Shown: positions 51,633 through 61,941, counted from the first letter of the stretch. The stretch: DNA of 64,000 nucleotides from an uncultured delta proteobacterium (GCA_963823335.1 CAWGLD010000004.1:480001-544000); one strand, 5' to 3'. Program-made: numbers and translations. The notes: generated by a model from the sequence alone, not told the origin.

Positions 51633-52928
51633 TTATACGAGGTTTTTAAATACCTTCTCCGCAGCATCGATAGTCTTTTCAATATGTTCTTTCTTATGGG
51701 CTGCCGATATAAACATGGATTCAAATTGCGATGGGGCCAGATATATCCCCTGCTCGCGCATTCCAGCGTAATATGCGGAAAACATTTCCAGGTTGGAGGT
51801 TTTTGCATCCTCTATATTTTGAACGGATTGTCGGGTAAAAAACAGCCCCAGAATGGAAGCGACCCTGCAGACCTGGGCGGGAACACCGGTCTTTTCTATA
51901 GCGGCGCGCATTCCCTGCAGCAGACTTTCAGCACCTTGCTCCAGCGATTCATAAAATCCCGGTTGTTTCAGTTCCTTCAACATGGCTATTCCTGCCGACA
52001 TGGCCAAGGGGTTTCCGGACAGGGTTCCCGCCTGATAGACCGGTCCTTCCGGAGCGATTCTGGACATGATCTCCCGGCTGCCGCCGTAGGCGCCCACGGG
52101 CATTCCCCCGCCGATGATCTTTCCCAGCGTGGTAATGTCAGGCATGATGTTGTAGCGTTCCTGGGCCCCGCCGTAGGCCACACGAAAACCGGTAATCACC
52201 TCGTCAAAAATCAGGAGGCTGCCGGCCGCATGCGTCAGCTCTCGCAAGGCCTCCAGAAACCCTTGTGCGGGTGGTACCAATCCCATGTTGCCTGCCACGG
52301 GCTCGACAATCACACAGGCCACATCAGACCCCTTTTCCTGCATCACACGGCTGATCTGAGGGATGTCGTTGTAAGGAAGAGACAGGGTCTTTTCGGCAAA
52401 GCACTCTGGAACGCCCGGGCTGCCGGGTATGCCCAGCGTGGCCACACCCGAGCCTGCTTCCACCAGAAGTGTGTCGGCATGCCCATGATAACAGCCGTCG
52501 AACTTGACAATCAGGTCCCGCCCGGTGACCCCTCTTGCCAGACGGATGGCACTCATGGTGGCCTCGGTGCCGGAATTGACAAAGCGCACCATTTCCATGG
52601 ACGGGACTGCCGCCACCACCATCTGCGCCAGTTCGATTTCAAGATCCGTGGGTGCGCCAAAACTGGTACCCCGCTTCATGCTTGAAGCAATGGCATTCAG
52701 TACGGCAGGGTGGCGATGTCCCAGGATCATGGGTCCCCAGGATCCCACATAATCGATATAGCCGTTTCCGTCTGCATCGTAAATCATGCAACCGTCCGCC
52801 CTGTCGATGAACAGGGGCTCGCATCCCACAGACTTGCAGGCCCGCACCGGGCTGTTCACGCCCCCGGGAATGACTTTGACGGCCTGCTCAAATAAAGAAC
52901 GTGATTTTTGATAGGTCATGAATTGCAA
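51633..52928 (-). CDS. hemL: Glutamate-1-semialdehyde 2,1-aminomutase
   Basis: [49 protein letters not shown]. Confidence 0.97.
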   Translation of the reverse strand: MQFMTYQKSRSLFEQAVKVIPGGVNSPVRACKSVGCEPLFIDRADGCMIYDADGNGYIDYVGSWGPMILGHRHPAVLNAIASSMKRGTSFGAPTDLEIELAQMVVAAVPSMEMVRFVNSGTEATMSAIRLARGVTGRDLIVKFDGCYHGHADTLLVEAGSGVATLGIPGSPGVPECFAEKTLSLPYNDIPQISRVMQEKGSDVACVIVEPVAGNMGLVPPAQGFLEALRELTHAAGSLLIFDEVITGFRVAYGGAQERYNIMPDITTLGKIIGGGMPVGAYGGSREIMSRIAPEGPVYQAGTLSGNPLAMSAGIAMLKELKQPGFYESLEQGAESLLQGMRAAIEKTGVPAQVCRVASILGLFFTRQSVQNIEDAKTSNLEMFSAYYAGMREQGIYLAPSQFESMFISAAHKKEHIEKTIDAAEKVFKNLV

Positions 52929-53178
52929 CTCCTCTTCATAAATCCATTCATTACCGAATAGATCATATGCGGCTCTGCCGCTTTTAGCGCAAGCAAACCA
53001 TCCATAGTTATTTATACGGCTTTTAATCTTGCAACAGTTTTATTTATCAGAGACATGAAATCAGGTCAAGCATCCTGATTTCGTTCATAGTTCCGAAAAT
53101 TTTTATTTATATTGAAATCTGACAGCTATCACCATAAAATAAAGGGTATGAAACTTTACAAGGAGACGTTTCCCGCCA

Positions 53179-53910
53179 ATGCATGATCTGAAAAAACAGG
53201 CCAGGTTCCTCAAATACATGCTGGGATTGAGACCGGACGAATTCGGCCTGGTACCGGACAAGGAGGGCTATGTCAAAATCAAGGATTTGCTCAAGGCCGT
53301 CCATGAAGAAGATGAGTGGCGGTCCTTTCGCCAGGCGAATATCAACGAGATGATGGTCTCCCTGACGGACCCGCCCTTTGAAATCAGTGAAAACCGTATT
53401 CGCGCCAAAGATACCCAGCAGATCCCCAAACGGGTGTCACCGGAAAACCTGCCCAAACTGCTGTTTACCTGTCTGCGCCCCAACGCGTTGCACACGCTTG
53501 CCGAAAAGGGGATCCTGCCCATGGGACGCAAGCATGTGATCCTCTCCTCTGACAAAAACATGGCCAAAAGGATTGGCATGCGCATCCATGCGTCACCGGC
53601 GCTGATAACCGTCATCGCCGACAACGCCATAAAGCGGGGAACCCTCTTTTTACAGGCCGGTGAGAATCTATTCCTGGCCAGAAGCATCCCCGTGGAATGT
53701 TTCACGACACCACCCCTGCCCAAAGAACCGCGGCTGACAAAACTCAAAGAGCCTCCCAAGCCTAAAGAAAGGGACAGATTCCCCGGCAGTTTTTTCCCGG
53801 ACCTGACCGAGCAGATCGAAACCGTCGAACCCAAAAAATTGACCCGCAAGCAACGCCGGGAAAAGGACATCGAATGGAAGAAATCGCGCAAACAGACGCG
53901 GCGGCGGTGA
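53179..53910 (+). CDS. RNA 2'-phosphotransferase (KptA/Tpt1)-like protein, degenerate active site
   Basis: PDEFGLVPDKEGYV, FEISENRIRA, GILPMGRKHVILS, FLARSIP. Confidence 0.7.
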   Translation: MHDLKKQARFLKYMLGLRPDEFGLVPDKEGYVKIKDLLKAVHEEDEWRSFRQANINEMMVSLTDPPFEISENRIRAKDTQQIPKRVSPENLPKLLFTCLRPNALHTLAEKGILPMGRKHVILSSDKNMAKRIGMRIHASPALITVIADNAIKRGTLFLQAGENLFLARSIPVECFTTPPLPKEPRLTKLKEPPKPKERDRFPGSFFPDLTEQIETVEPKKLTRKQRREKDIEWKKSRKQTRRR

Positions 53911-54142
53911 AATAAAAACAATCACGAAAACACGAAAACTACAAAAATAAAACGGCAAAGCCGCGCCAGAAAAGAAATTTGAGAATCAAATTTCTTTTTT
54001 CTCAAATTTCTTTTTGACAACCCGATTCAGGGTTGATATGTGGTTTGTTTGTTTTATGGTTTTAATCTGCGTTTAGCGATTCTTATTGGCAAACATAAAA
54101 GCGACCTAGTCGCGCCATATGAAAGCGCGCAGCGATTTCATT

Positions 54143-54219
54143 GGGCCGTTAGCTCAACCAGGCAGAGCACCTGACTCTTAATCAGTAGGTTGAAGGTTCG
54201 ATTCCTTCACGGCCCACCA
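54143..54219 (+). tRNA. tRNA-Lys(CTT)
   Basis: GGGCCGT...ACGGCCC-A-CCA, anticodon loop CTCTTAA. Confidence 0.97.
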
Positions 54220-54384
54220 ATTTTTAAAATTATTTTAAGCACTTAACGGAATATCGTTAAGTGCTATTTTGTTTTATATCCCTCGGTGCTATGCCGGTGC
54301 TATGAGAGCTTTTGATTTAGGAACTTTAAATGATAGAGTTAGCAATCAGTTTCGCTAACTTTTCCCCTTACTTTTCACTCCCAG

Positions 54385-54585
54385 TAAGCCATGCCTCCAT
54401 GCTCATTTGAACTGTAGTGTATTGATAAAGACCAACATAAAAACCCGAAATCCGTCTCTGGAAATCCGGTTTTCAGATTTTTGGTGCCGTTTCTGATATC
54501 TAAAAACACAACTTTTCAAAAATATGGCTATCTATATGTCAAAGGATGTTATCACAGGTTTGCCTAACCTGTTGATGAGTTGGAG
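54385..54585. repeat. 200-bp dispersed repeat, copy 2
   Basis: About 90% identical by eye to 16471-16670. Confidence 0.9.
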
Positions 54586-54852
54586 AATGGATTGTTCGGG
54601 GAGAATTTATGACTTGAAGTCCCTTGTAGATAGCTTTGCGGAGGCTCCGCGAGCTATACCCTTCGGGCTCGCTCGCCTCCCCAAAATCTATCTACAGGAA
54701 AGGTACCAGTTAGTGCAGGTTTCAAAGGCCTTGAAAAATCAGCTCCTTTCATTTCATTTTATTGCTGATTTAGAGCTTATCACATTGTCAAATTTTAGGG
54801 GATCACCATCCTTTTCTGCCTGTTTTGGTCCCCCAACGGGGGGCTAACAATG

Positions 54853-54933
54853 AGCCTCCCCGGGGCAAGCTCCGGGGTATCAATCTCTCATTTTAGATTT
54901 TTTTCGCGGCAAGCCGCGGGGAATTAAACCCTA
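54853..54933. repeat. Double-hairpin REP/IS200-end-like element
   Basis: CCCCGGGGC-AA-GCTCCGGGG and CGCGGC-AA-GCCGCG hairpins. Confidence 0.55.
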
Positions 54934-55386
54934 ATCGATATTAACTGTTTTGTCATCAATCATTTTCACCGTTGCCCGCTCCTTCCAGTTTTTCAGCGCA
55001 TACCAGATACCGATTTGCCTACCGTCAGGGGTGACTATCTCTGAGCCATTTTGAGTCAGGGGAAAACCATTTCTCGAAGGGTTTAGAATATCAAACCATC
55101 TTTTCAGTAAAGTTTGTGTAAGATCAACGGGTTTCCAAAATTTTGATTCGAGATGATACTCATTTCGAATCCCGATCACGGTTCTCGGTAAAGCATCCGG
55201 TCCATTGTAATAGTAAGTGTGATTCGGCGGTATCTGGTAAGTTTCAAATGCCGTTTTTACCTTATCACTATGAACGAGCTTTCCATAGTTTGCATTTCCA
55301 GCACAGCTTGCCACAAAAACAACAGCAACCGATAATAAAAATAATCTTGTCGTACAATTTGCCCGTAATCGATTTAACATATTCAT
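54931..55386 (-). CDS. Hypothetical lipoprotein
   Basis: Lipobox VASC after a hydrophobic stretch; RBS GGGAGA. Confidence 0.75.
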   Translation of the reverse strand: MNMLNRLRANCTTRLFLLSVAVVFVASCAGNANYGKLVHSDKVKTAFETYQIPPNHTYYYNGPDALPRTVIGIRNEYHLESKFWKPVDLTQTLLKRWFDILNPSRNGFPLTQNGSEIVTPDGRQIGIWYALKNWKERATVKMIDDKTVNID

Positions 55387-55480
55387 ATCTATCTCCCTCT
55401 GTAAAATCCGTGCTTAAATAGTTTTTATGGGATATCTTGACAGTGTCCTATTTTGTTTTGCCCCACCGGTGATATATGGA

Positions 55481-57260
55481 GAGACTGTCGAAAAAGGCAT
55501 TTCGGCGAACCGGTTCATCGCTCGACATTCTCGATTTCAATAGATCCATCTTTTTTACTTCAAGATGCTATCATATTTTACAGATTCAGCCTACTTATTT
55601 GGTCTGTACAGCCTATGCATGCCCGTAATTAGCCACTTTCTCTATATTGTGTACCATGCAGTACAGCAACCACTGAATATTTACCTTTATCTTTCCCCTT
55701 AAGTTAAGCCTGTCCATTCGTTTTTGGATGTGGATGTTTCCAAATACAGGTTCAACGATGGCAATTCTTCGCGGATAGATTTTACGACCTTTTTCAGATT
55801 CAATCTTCTTGATCATTTCATGGGATATATTCTTGCCAGACGCATCCACATAGAATGTAAAATGTCGTTGTTTAGCATCTTCATACCTAAGACACTTAGC
55901 CCTGAGTCGACAGGACCTACAATCTATCTCCCGAGAAATATATCTTTTTAAAAGTTTGCCCCTATGTAAACCAGGTTTCCCATTTCTCTTAAGCCGCTTA
56001 CCATTTGGGCAAACATAGTGGTCCTGCTTGCGGTCATGCTTAAAATCTGCAAATGTAAACTTTTTAGAGTTTGACTGATTGTTTATCCGACTTGAGAACC
56101 TCTCATCTCGATTACGGAATTTGTTGTCTGGAATATAGGCATCTAATTTTTCATCACTGCATTTATTAATATTCGTTACGCTGTGATAACTTGCATCGGC
56201 TGTTAATATCTTATCTTCGAAATAGTCCTCTGGCTTGCCGATGCTTTGAAGTTATTCTTTGGCACCATCAATCACAGGAGGCAGATTTTCATGATCAAGC
56301 CCTTTCCCTATTGCCTCGCCATTAACAATTACCTGGTGCTTGGAATCGACTAACGCCTGACAGTTATATCCCTGAACAGTTCCGTGTGAGGTATGCATTT
56401 TAACAGAATCGTTGTCAGTTACATTGCTGTGAAGTTCTTTTCCATAGGCACCAATTATTTTGTCGTTTTCTGAAAACCATTGCTCAATCTTTTCAGCCTG
56501 CCGCTTAAGTCTCTCAATTTGTTTGTCACGATTTGCAGCCATCTGAGTCTTGGCCCTATCGTCTGATTGGTCTTTTTCAAGATGATCTCGAACGAACGAC
56601 TTAATCTTATGTTCAAGCTTTTCTTTCTTTTTCTTCAAATCATCTATTTTCCCACTACATTCTTGGGATGCATTGGACGATAGCTTGCAGCCATCAATGG
56701 CAAAGAAGGTTCCGCCTAAAAGATTCTCTTGCTCGCATACTAAAAGAATATCGCTGAACAGAGGTTGAATTTGATCTTCCATAGAAGAAACGAATGAAGC
56801 AATGGTGCTGTGATCAGGACGTTGGTTGCATGACATCGCCATAAAAGTCACATTCTCACAACATGCTCGTTCGATTTGGCGTGATGATATCAACCCACGT
56901 GAATAAGCAAGCAAGACAACTTTCAGTAGTATCTTAGGATTATAGGCACTGCGGCCGGTATCGTCGTTTTGATACCTCGTATCAAATACGGACATATCCA
57001 TCCGCCGTTCCACAAGGGTGTGGATGGCGAACTCTAACGTCCCTGGCATCAATTGTTTTTGGAGGGAAACAGGTATCAATAAACTTTGAGAGTAGTCGTA
57101 GTGCTTATACTTTGCCATGCCTAATTCCTGTATGTTTGGCCATTGTCATTTGCTCATTTACCTAAACAATGACTAGCATAACGGTAGGATATGTCAACGG
57201 TTTATAGAGATAATTATACATCTTTTAAGGTTAGATAGGAGGATCTTTTTCGACAGTCTC
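55481..57260 (-). mobile_element. IS1182-family insertion sequence
   Basis: 16-bp perfect TIR GAGACTGTCGAAAAAG / CTTTTTCGACAGTCTC; GGA on both flanks. Confidence 0.92.
55613..57118 (-). pseudogene. IS1182 transposase with one in-frame TAA (56252-56254)
   Basis: GRSAYNPKILLK..SSRQIERAC, PDHSTI, IDGCK; same frame continues ADASY, YVCPNG, VEPVFG to 55613. Confidence 0.9.
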
Positions 57261-57351
57261 GGAGACAATCACCGGTTGAGACCGAGTTCATATATCATCA
57301 GTATCACAGTCTTATTAGTTGGGATAGGGCAACAGTAAAGGAAGATGGGCT

Positions 57352-57699
57352 TCAAGCAATCTTAACATTCTCTGCCCCTTTAAACAGTTGAATAATTTCC
57401 CTTACATAGGCGCATTCACATTCGGCCCGACACTGTCTTAATTCCTTCTTGTTCAAACAGTATTCTGGGCACTCATCTGTCCCAGTTTTTGGCTCCGAAA
57501 AAATTGGTCCGTCATAAAGATCGACAAAAAGATCGGCGGATAAGGTGATAGTATTCTTACAACTGTGATTGAAGTATAATAGGCCAGCTTCCAGATTTTT
57601 AAAATTCACTTGATAACCGACAATCATTATATCCTGGTCGGCAATAAAATCTCGGCGGGTTGACCATTTATGCCCGCAAACTTTACACTGTTTAAACAT
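57352..57699 (-). CDS. Cys-rich hypothetical protein (putative metal-binding)
   Basis: MFKQCKVC...HSC...CPEYC...CRAECEC. Confidence 0.75.
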   Translation of the reverse strand: MFKQCKVCGHKWSTRRDFIADQDIMIVGYQVNFKNLEAGLLYFNHSCKNTITLSADLFVDLYDGPIFSEPKTGTDECPEYCLNKKELRQCRAECECAYVREIIQLFKGAENVKIA

Positions 57700-57761
57700 G
57701 AAGGTGCTTTCGTAATTTTTAATATGTCGTCTGAAAACCAAGTATCAGGACGGTGTTGATG

Positions 57762-57930
57762 AATGGAGACAAGTCCAACTATCCGATAATTGAAAAAAAT
57801 GCAAGATACCATCTGGCTATGCCCACGGTACCACGGAGGGGTCTATAGATGCAAGATTTGGCCTGTTGTGATAATTTTCGCACACCGGTAAAATTTTAGG
57901 GGTCTGATATCTACCATTTTGTTGGAGGTA
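57762..57930 (-). repeat. 169-bp inter-module repeat, copy A
   Basis: Colinear without indels with 60808-60976 and 61773-61941; A vs C 133/169 identical by hand. Confidence 0.92.
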
Positions 57931-57957
57931 CCGGCAATCAAAGAAACCAGTCCAATA

Positions 57958-58488
57958 TTACTTGTTCAATAGTGACCACATTGAATTTGTCAGTTCGTGC
58001 TTCAGATGATCACCAGTACGGTAGTGATCATTTTTTGCCCAATCATCGCTTACTTGATGCATCCAAGTAATGGGTTTCGGAGGGACATCTTCCCATTCAA
58101 TGGTTGGTGGATAAAAGAGATAGATATCCCAAGCGACATGACCATCCCAACCAACACTTGTCGCAATCTCCTTTCCCGATATTTGTTTAGGATCATAGAA
58201 ATGTTGAATACGATCATCATTTAACAACTTGATGGTCGGTAATGCAGCTTCTAATGAATCTTCAGGCAGCATATTAATCCAAACAATGGACCCGTTGATA
58301 TCGGTCTTAGGAAAACTCTCAAACACATTCTTATGCACCGCCCGGGCACCTTGGTCACGTCACAATGGGCAAGTGGGGGATAGAAGGGCAAGGAATCGTA
58401 TTTTTCCCTTTCCTCTGTTGAAATGGTCTTTTAGATGGTCCAGCGAGCCCAACAGCTTGATATTGTCCTTTGTTTCGCCGGTTTTCAT
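57958..58488 (-). CDS. Thioredoxin-fold selenoprotein (CxxU), 176 aa
   Basis: RBS GGAG + ATG 58488; RFLALLSPT-C-P-L-U (TGA 58360-58362), in frame with ORF 57958-58338; SECIS-like hairpin follows. Confidence 0.85.
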
Positions 58489-58520
58489 TTTCGAATCTCC
58501 TAACTAAGAGTCTGAAGTCG

Positions 58521-59018
58521 CTAAGCCATTTTGAAAGATTTTTTCCCGGTCAATTTATCCACCACCTGGCGGACATCAGCCAAACATCAGCGGCCTTTGG
58601 GATTCTTATTGGCACAATCGCATCCATCGGCTTTTTTCTCGGCTGCAATTTCAGCCATTATCGTAGATCGGCCATTTTTCTGATAATCCTGTTCAATGTC
58701 CCTCCTGGTATGCTTAAAACAGTAGCAGACCAAATCATCCAAGTTAAATTCACTGGTTTTTAACGTATTTGATTTAGCGGTATCCCGCACCAGCTGGCCG
58801 TTTAATGATGCAACGTATCCTGCCTTTATCAGGGCATGCTTCATATCTTCGAATGAAAGCAATTCCGGATCATAGGAAACAACAGCTTTTTTCTCGGCAT
58901 TACTGGCGGTAGCCTCCTTTACCCCCTCAAGCCCTTCCAGGGCCTTTACCACTTTGGGCTCTCACCCCATTCAGGTCATACCTTGGATAGACAGTTCGAT
59001 CTTCAGATCTTTAGACAT
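58521..59018 (-). CDS. CopZ/HMA + BFD-like [2Fe-2S] fusion with three selenocysteines, 165 aa
   Basis: ELSIQGMT-U-MG-U-EPKVVKALEGLEGV (HMA GMTCxxC); LVCYCF...GCDCANKNPKGR-U-CLADVRQVV; TGA at 58971-73, 58962-64, 58587-89. Confidence 0.85.
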
Positions 59019-59196
59019 ACATTTCCCACCTTTGTTTATTCGTCACAACAAATTTCCAGATCAATAGTTTCACTGCGTTCAAGATTGTCAAACGATTCCA
59101 GTGCTTTCATTGCCCATTGTTCCCCGGGGCAACCAGATTCGGTGATTGCCACATTGAGAAATTCTACAAGCTCTTTAGCAAGAACCTGTTTTCTTA

Positions 59197-59496
59197 CTAT
59201 TTTGAATGCATAATTTCTCTGACTGCATTCGAAAGTGAATCCATGTCCGGTATGTTGTCAAAGGCTATGCGTTCATTGATAATAATCGATGGAACTGAAG
59301 GCATTCGCTTACAGATTGTACCGAGTTCAGCGTGCCTCATCACACCCTCTTTAGAACTGACATCGACCACCGTCCACTGGAGAACGCCCTTCTCAAATTC
59401 GGGGGCAATTTCTTCCAGTATTGCAAGCGCCAAATCGCACAACATGCACCCTTTCTTTTTTGCAACAATTTCTACAATTACGTTTTGCAAATCCAT
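59197..59496 (-). CDS. Thioredoxin/glutaredoxin-like protein (CxxC)
   Basis: GCMLCD, SVPSIIIN cis-Pro motif. Confidence 0.8.
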   Translation of the reverse strand: MDLQNVIVEIVAKKKGCMLCDLALAILEEIAPEFEKGVLQWTVVDVSSKEGVMRHAELGTICKRMPSVPSIIINERIAFDNIPDMDSLSNAVREIMHSK

Positions 59497-59923
59497 GTAC
59501 CAGAATCTCTATTACACATTTTTCAATTTTAAAATTAATCCTTTTTTCCAATGGCCCTATGTAAGGTCGAGTGGTGATAAATGGAGAGTAGTCACGGTTT
59601 AACAGACCCGTAAAAACCTGTGATTACATCACATCCCGCTCTAATAATTGCCACGATCGCCATTACAGATATCATTTTTCTTACAAATTTGCAAAAAAGG
59701 GAAAATCGTCGAAATGATCCTCCCGCATGATAACATAGAAATACAACGTGAGTGACGATTGCGTGTAGTGGTGATGTGTTATGGTATCTGCAATTATCGT
59801 AAAATACCGATGAGTTGGAGATAGTACGAGTTTACGACCTTCAAAGCGATCTGTGATATAAAAAGTGGCAAAACTAAGGTAGCTCTGCCACTTTAATATA
59901 TCCAACCTGTACAACTTAGATTA

Positions 59924-60715
59924 TTAGTTCAGCGCTTCAATAAAGCAGCCACCGCCACCGCCACCGCCACCGCCACCACCATCATCGTTACTAATAGTGG
60001 CGTTAAAAGTACCAGTGTCACCGGTTACAGAATACCACCAGCCTGACATGCTCACACCATTTATTTTACCCCAAAACGCAAATTCCTCGTCATTCGGACC
60101 ATCTCCATCGTCATGAAAATAGCCGTCAGGATGCAGCCAACCCTGTTTAAAGGCATAATCAGCACCATCAATTGTCACCGATCCGGTGATGTCGCCCAAG
60201 ATTTCTCCATTAGATTTAATTGAGATGACTATTTTACCAGAGTTATCTCCAATATAGGTGCCCTTATAAGTTCCTACATATTGGTCAATAAAGTCGTCTG
60301 AAGTGATTTTACTGCCAATTAAATTTCCTGAATCAGCTGAATCTGTATCGGACCATGTTCCCGTAACCGACCCATTAGATGAATCGACTTCAATGGCGAA
60401 TTGGTAGCCCCAAAGATACGAGGGTCCGACAGAATAATTTCCGACCGTGCCTGCTTCACCTTCATAGTTAATCGAACTTGATGGGCCGATATCACCCTGG
60501 CTGATATCTGTCGAATAAAACCAAAATTTTGCCCCTAAATTTATATCGAGTGCAAGATACCAAACACCATTATCATCGCCCGAATATGTGCCTTTATATA
60601 GGCCGTTATAATCTTCTTGGGCGCACCATGAATTTGGAGCCAATAAAAACAATAGAAGGGATAGGTATAGTAGGATGTGAGCTATTCTGCTTGGACTGTT
60701 GGTCACCATCAGCAT
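59924..60715 (-). CDS. Secreted protein with poly-Gly-CFI C-terminal tail
   Basis: Signal peptide; repeated YxGxYKGTYxGD; ends DDGGGGGGGGGGGCFIEALN. Confidence 0.8.
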   Translation of the reverse strand: MLMVTNSPSRIAHILLYLSLLLFLLAPNSWCAQEDYNGLYKGTYSGDDNGVWYLALDINLGAKFWFYSTDISQGDIGPSSSINYEGEAGTVGNYSVGPSYLWGYQFAIEVDSSNGSVTGTWSDTDSADSGNLIGSKITSDDFIDQYVGTYKGTYIGDNSGKIVISIKSNGEILGDITGSVTIDGADYAFKQGWLHPDGYFHDDGDGPNDEEFAFWGKINGVSMSGWWYSVTGDTGTFNATISNDDGGGGGGGGGGGCFIEALN

Positions 60716-60807
60716 TTTTCCTTTCAATTTGAGATTGATTTGATAACGCGGGGGGAAAGATAAATAGGTGAAAGTTATTAACATATTTGGAGATTGAATG
60801 CAATTGT

Positions 60808-60976
60808 AATGGAGAGATATCCAGTTATCAAGCTCAACCAAATTATTACCGATACCATCTGGTCATCACCAAGGTATTACGGCAGGGCCTATCAATGCAA
60901 GATTTGGCCCATTGCGATTATTTTCGCACACCGGTGATATTTTAGGGGTCTGATAACCTTGTTTTTGTAGGAGGTA
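60808..60976 (-). repeat. 169-bp inter-module repeat, copy B
   Basis: Colinear with copies A and C. Confidence 0.9.
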
Positions 60977-61035
60977 TCTTGATAACGTTTAAACATCTAC
61001 GGCTTGACCGTAGCATGTTTCTTGCTTGAATTATA

Positions 61036-61743
61036 TCAGATTGTTTTTTTTCTGATCAGGTAGATACCGTCACAGAAGGTGAGGAAGAGTTTCTCCACCC
61101 TGTTGTCAGCGTTTACCTCTTCGTTAAAGAGGGCTATGGCTTTACTGGACTCATCTTTGGGCTCAAAGATCCGACCGTACCACAGGGCATTGTCAACAAC
61201 AATGAGGCCGCCTTTCCGCAGAATCCTCATTGATTCGTGATAGTAAGCCAGGTAGCTGGTTTTATCAGCATCAATGAAGACAAGATCGGTTGCTTCGGAC
61301 GGCAGGGATTTTAGAATATCAATGGCTTCTCCCCGCTGCAGATTGATCTTGTGGCCCTGCGGACTCCTGTCAAAAAAACCTTGAGCGATGTCGGCATTGG
61401 CGGAATCATGTTCGATTGTCAGCACCTTGCCGTCTGGCGGAATTGATTCGGCCATAGCCAGGGCCGAGTAACCGGTGAATGTGCCGATATCGATCACATT
61501 CCTGAATCCCGATAGAACGATAATCAACTGCAGAAAACGTCCTTCAATCCGGCCGGTAAGCCAGTTGGGAGACTCGGTTTTGTTGAGAGTGTAGTTCTCA
61601 ATCTCTTCAAGAAGCGGAGACAAGGGTGAGGTGTGGTCTGCGGCATATTGTTCGGCTTCCCACGCCACCATGTCCATAAAGGAATGGATGGCCTTACCGG
61701 TTTCTTGCTGTCCGTCTGCGTTTTCAGAACTATTTTTTTCCAT
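61036..61743 (-). CDS. Class I SAM-dependent O-methyltransferase (caffeoyl-CoA OMT-like)
   Basis: IDIGTFTGYS, FIDADK, GGLIVVDNALW. Confidence 0.92.
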   Translation of the reverse strand: MEKNSSENADGQQETGKAIHSFMDMVAWEAEQYAADHTSPLSPLLEEIENYTLNKTESPNWLTGRIEGRFLQLIIVLSGFRNVIDIGTFTGYSALAMAESIPPDGKVLTIEHDSANADIAQGFFDRSPQGHKINLQRGEAIDILKSLPSEATDLVFIDADKTSYLAYYHESMRILRKGGLIVVDNALWYGRIFEPKDESSKAIALFNEEVNADNRVEKLFLTFCDGIYLIRKKTI

Positions 61744-61772
61744 TTTTCTCCTACCGATACCGGATACAGATA

Positions 61773-61941
61773 AATGGAGAGAAGTCCAGTTATCAGGTTT
61801 GATGTAAATATTGCCGATACCATATGGTCATGCCCAGGGTACCACGGAAGAGTCTATGGATGCAAGATTTGGCCTGTTGTGATACTTTTCGCACACCGGT
61901 AATATTTTGGGCGCTTGATATCTTTGTTTTTGTTGGAGCTG
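61773..61941 (-). repeat. 169-bp inter-module repeat, copy C
   Basis: Colinear with copies A and B. Confidence 0.92.

Noticed and set aside
56252-56254. In-frame stop in the IS1182 transposase as recoding
   Set aside because: It is TAA and not in a Cys motif; a nonsense mutation is simpler
57352-57354. Terminal TGA of the Cys-rich gene as selenocysteine
   Set aside because: Not in a Cys motif and no evident SECIS-like hairpin
57817-57930. 169-bp repeat as a small coding sequence (minus frame ...YQTPKILPVCENYHNRPNLASID...)
   Set aside because: The frame is open in all copies and A/C differences favour third positions, but no copy has an in-frame start or RBS; treated as non-coding, not fully excluded
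57762-61941. 169-bp repeats as canonical integron attC or Xer dif sites
   Set aside because: GTTRRRY paired with an AAC box is seen only in copy A; no full-length hairpin with L boxes, no XerD arm, no intI in the window
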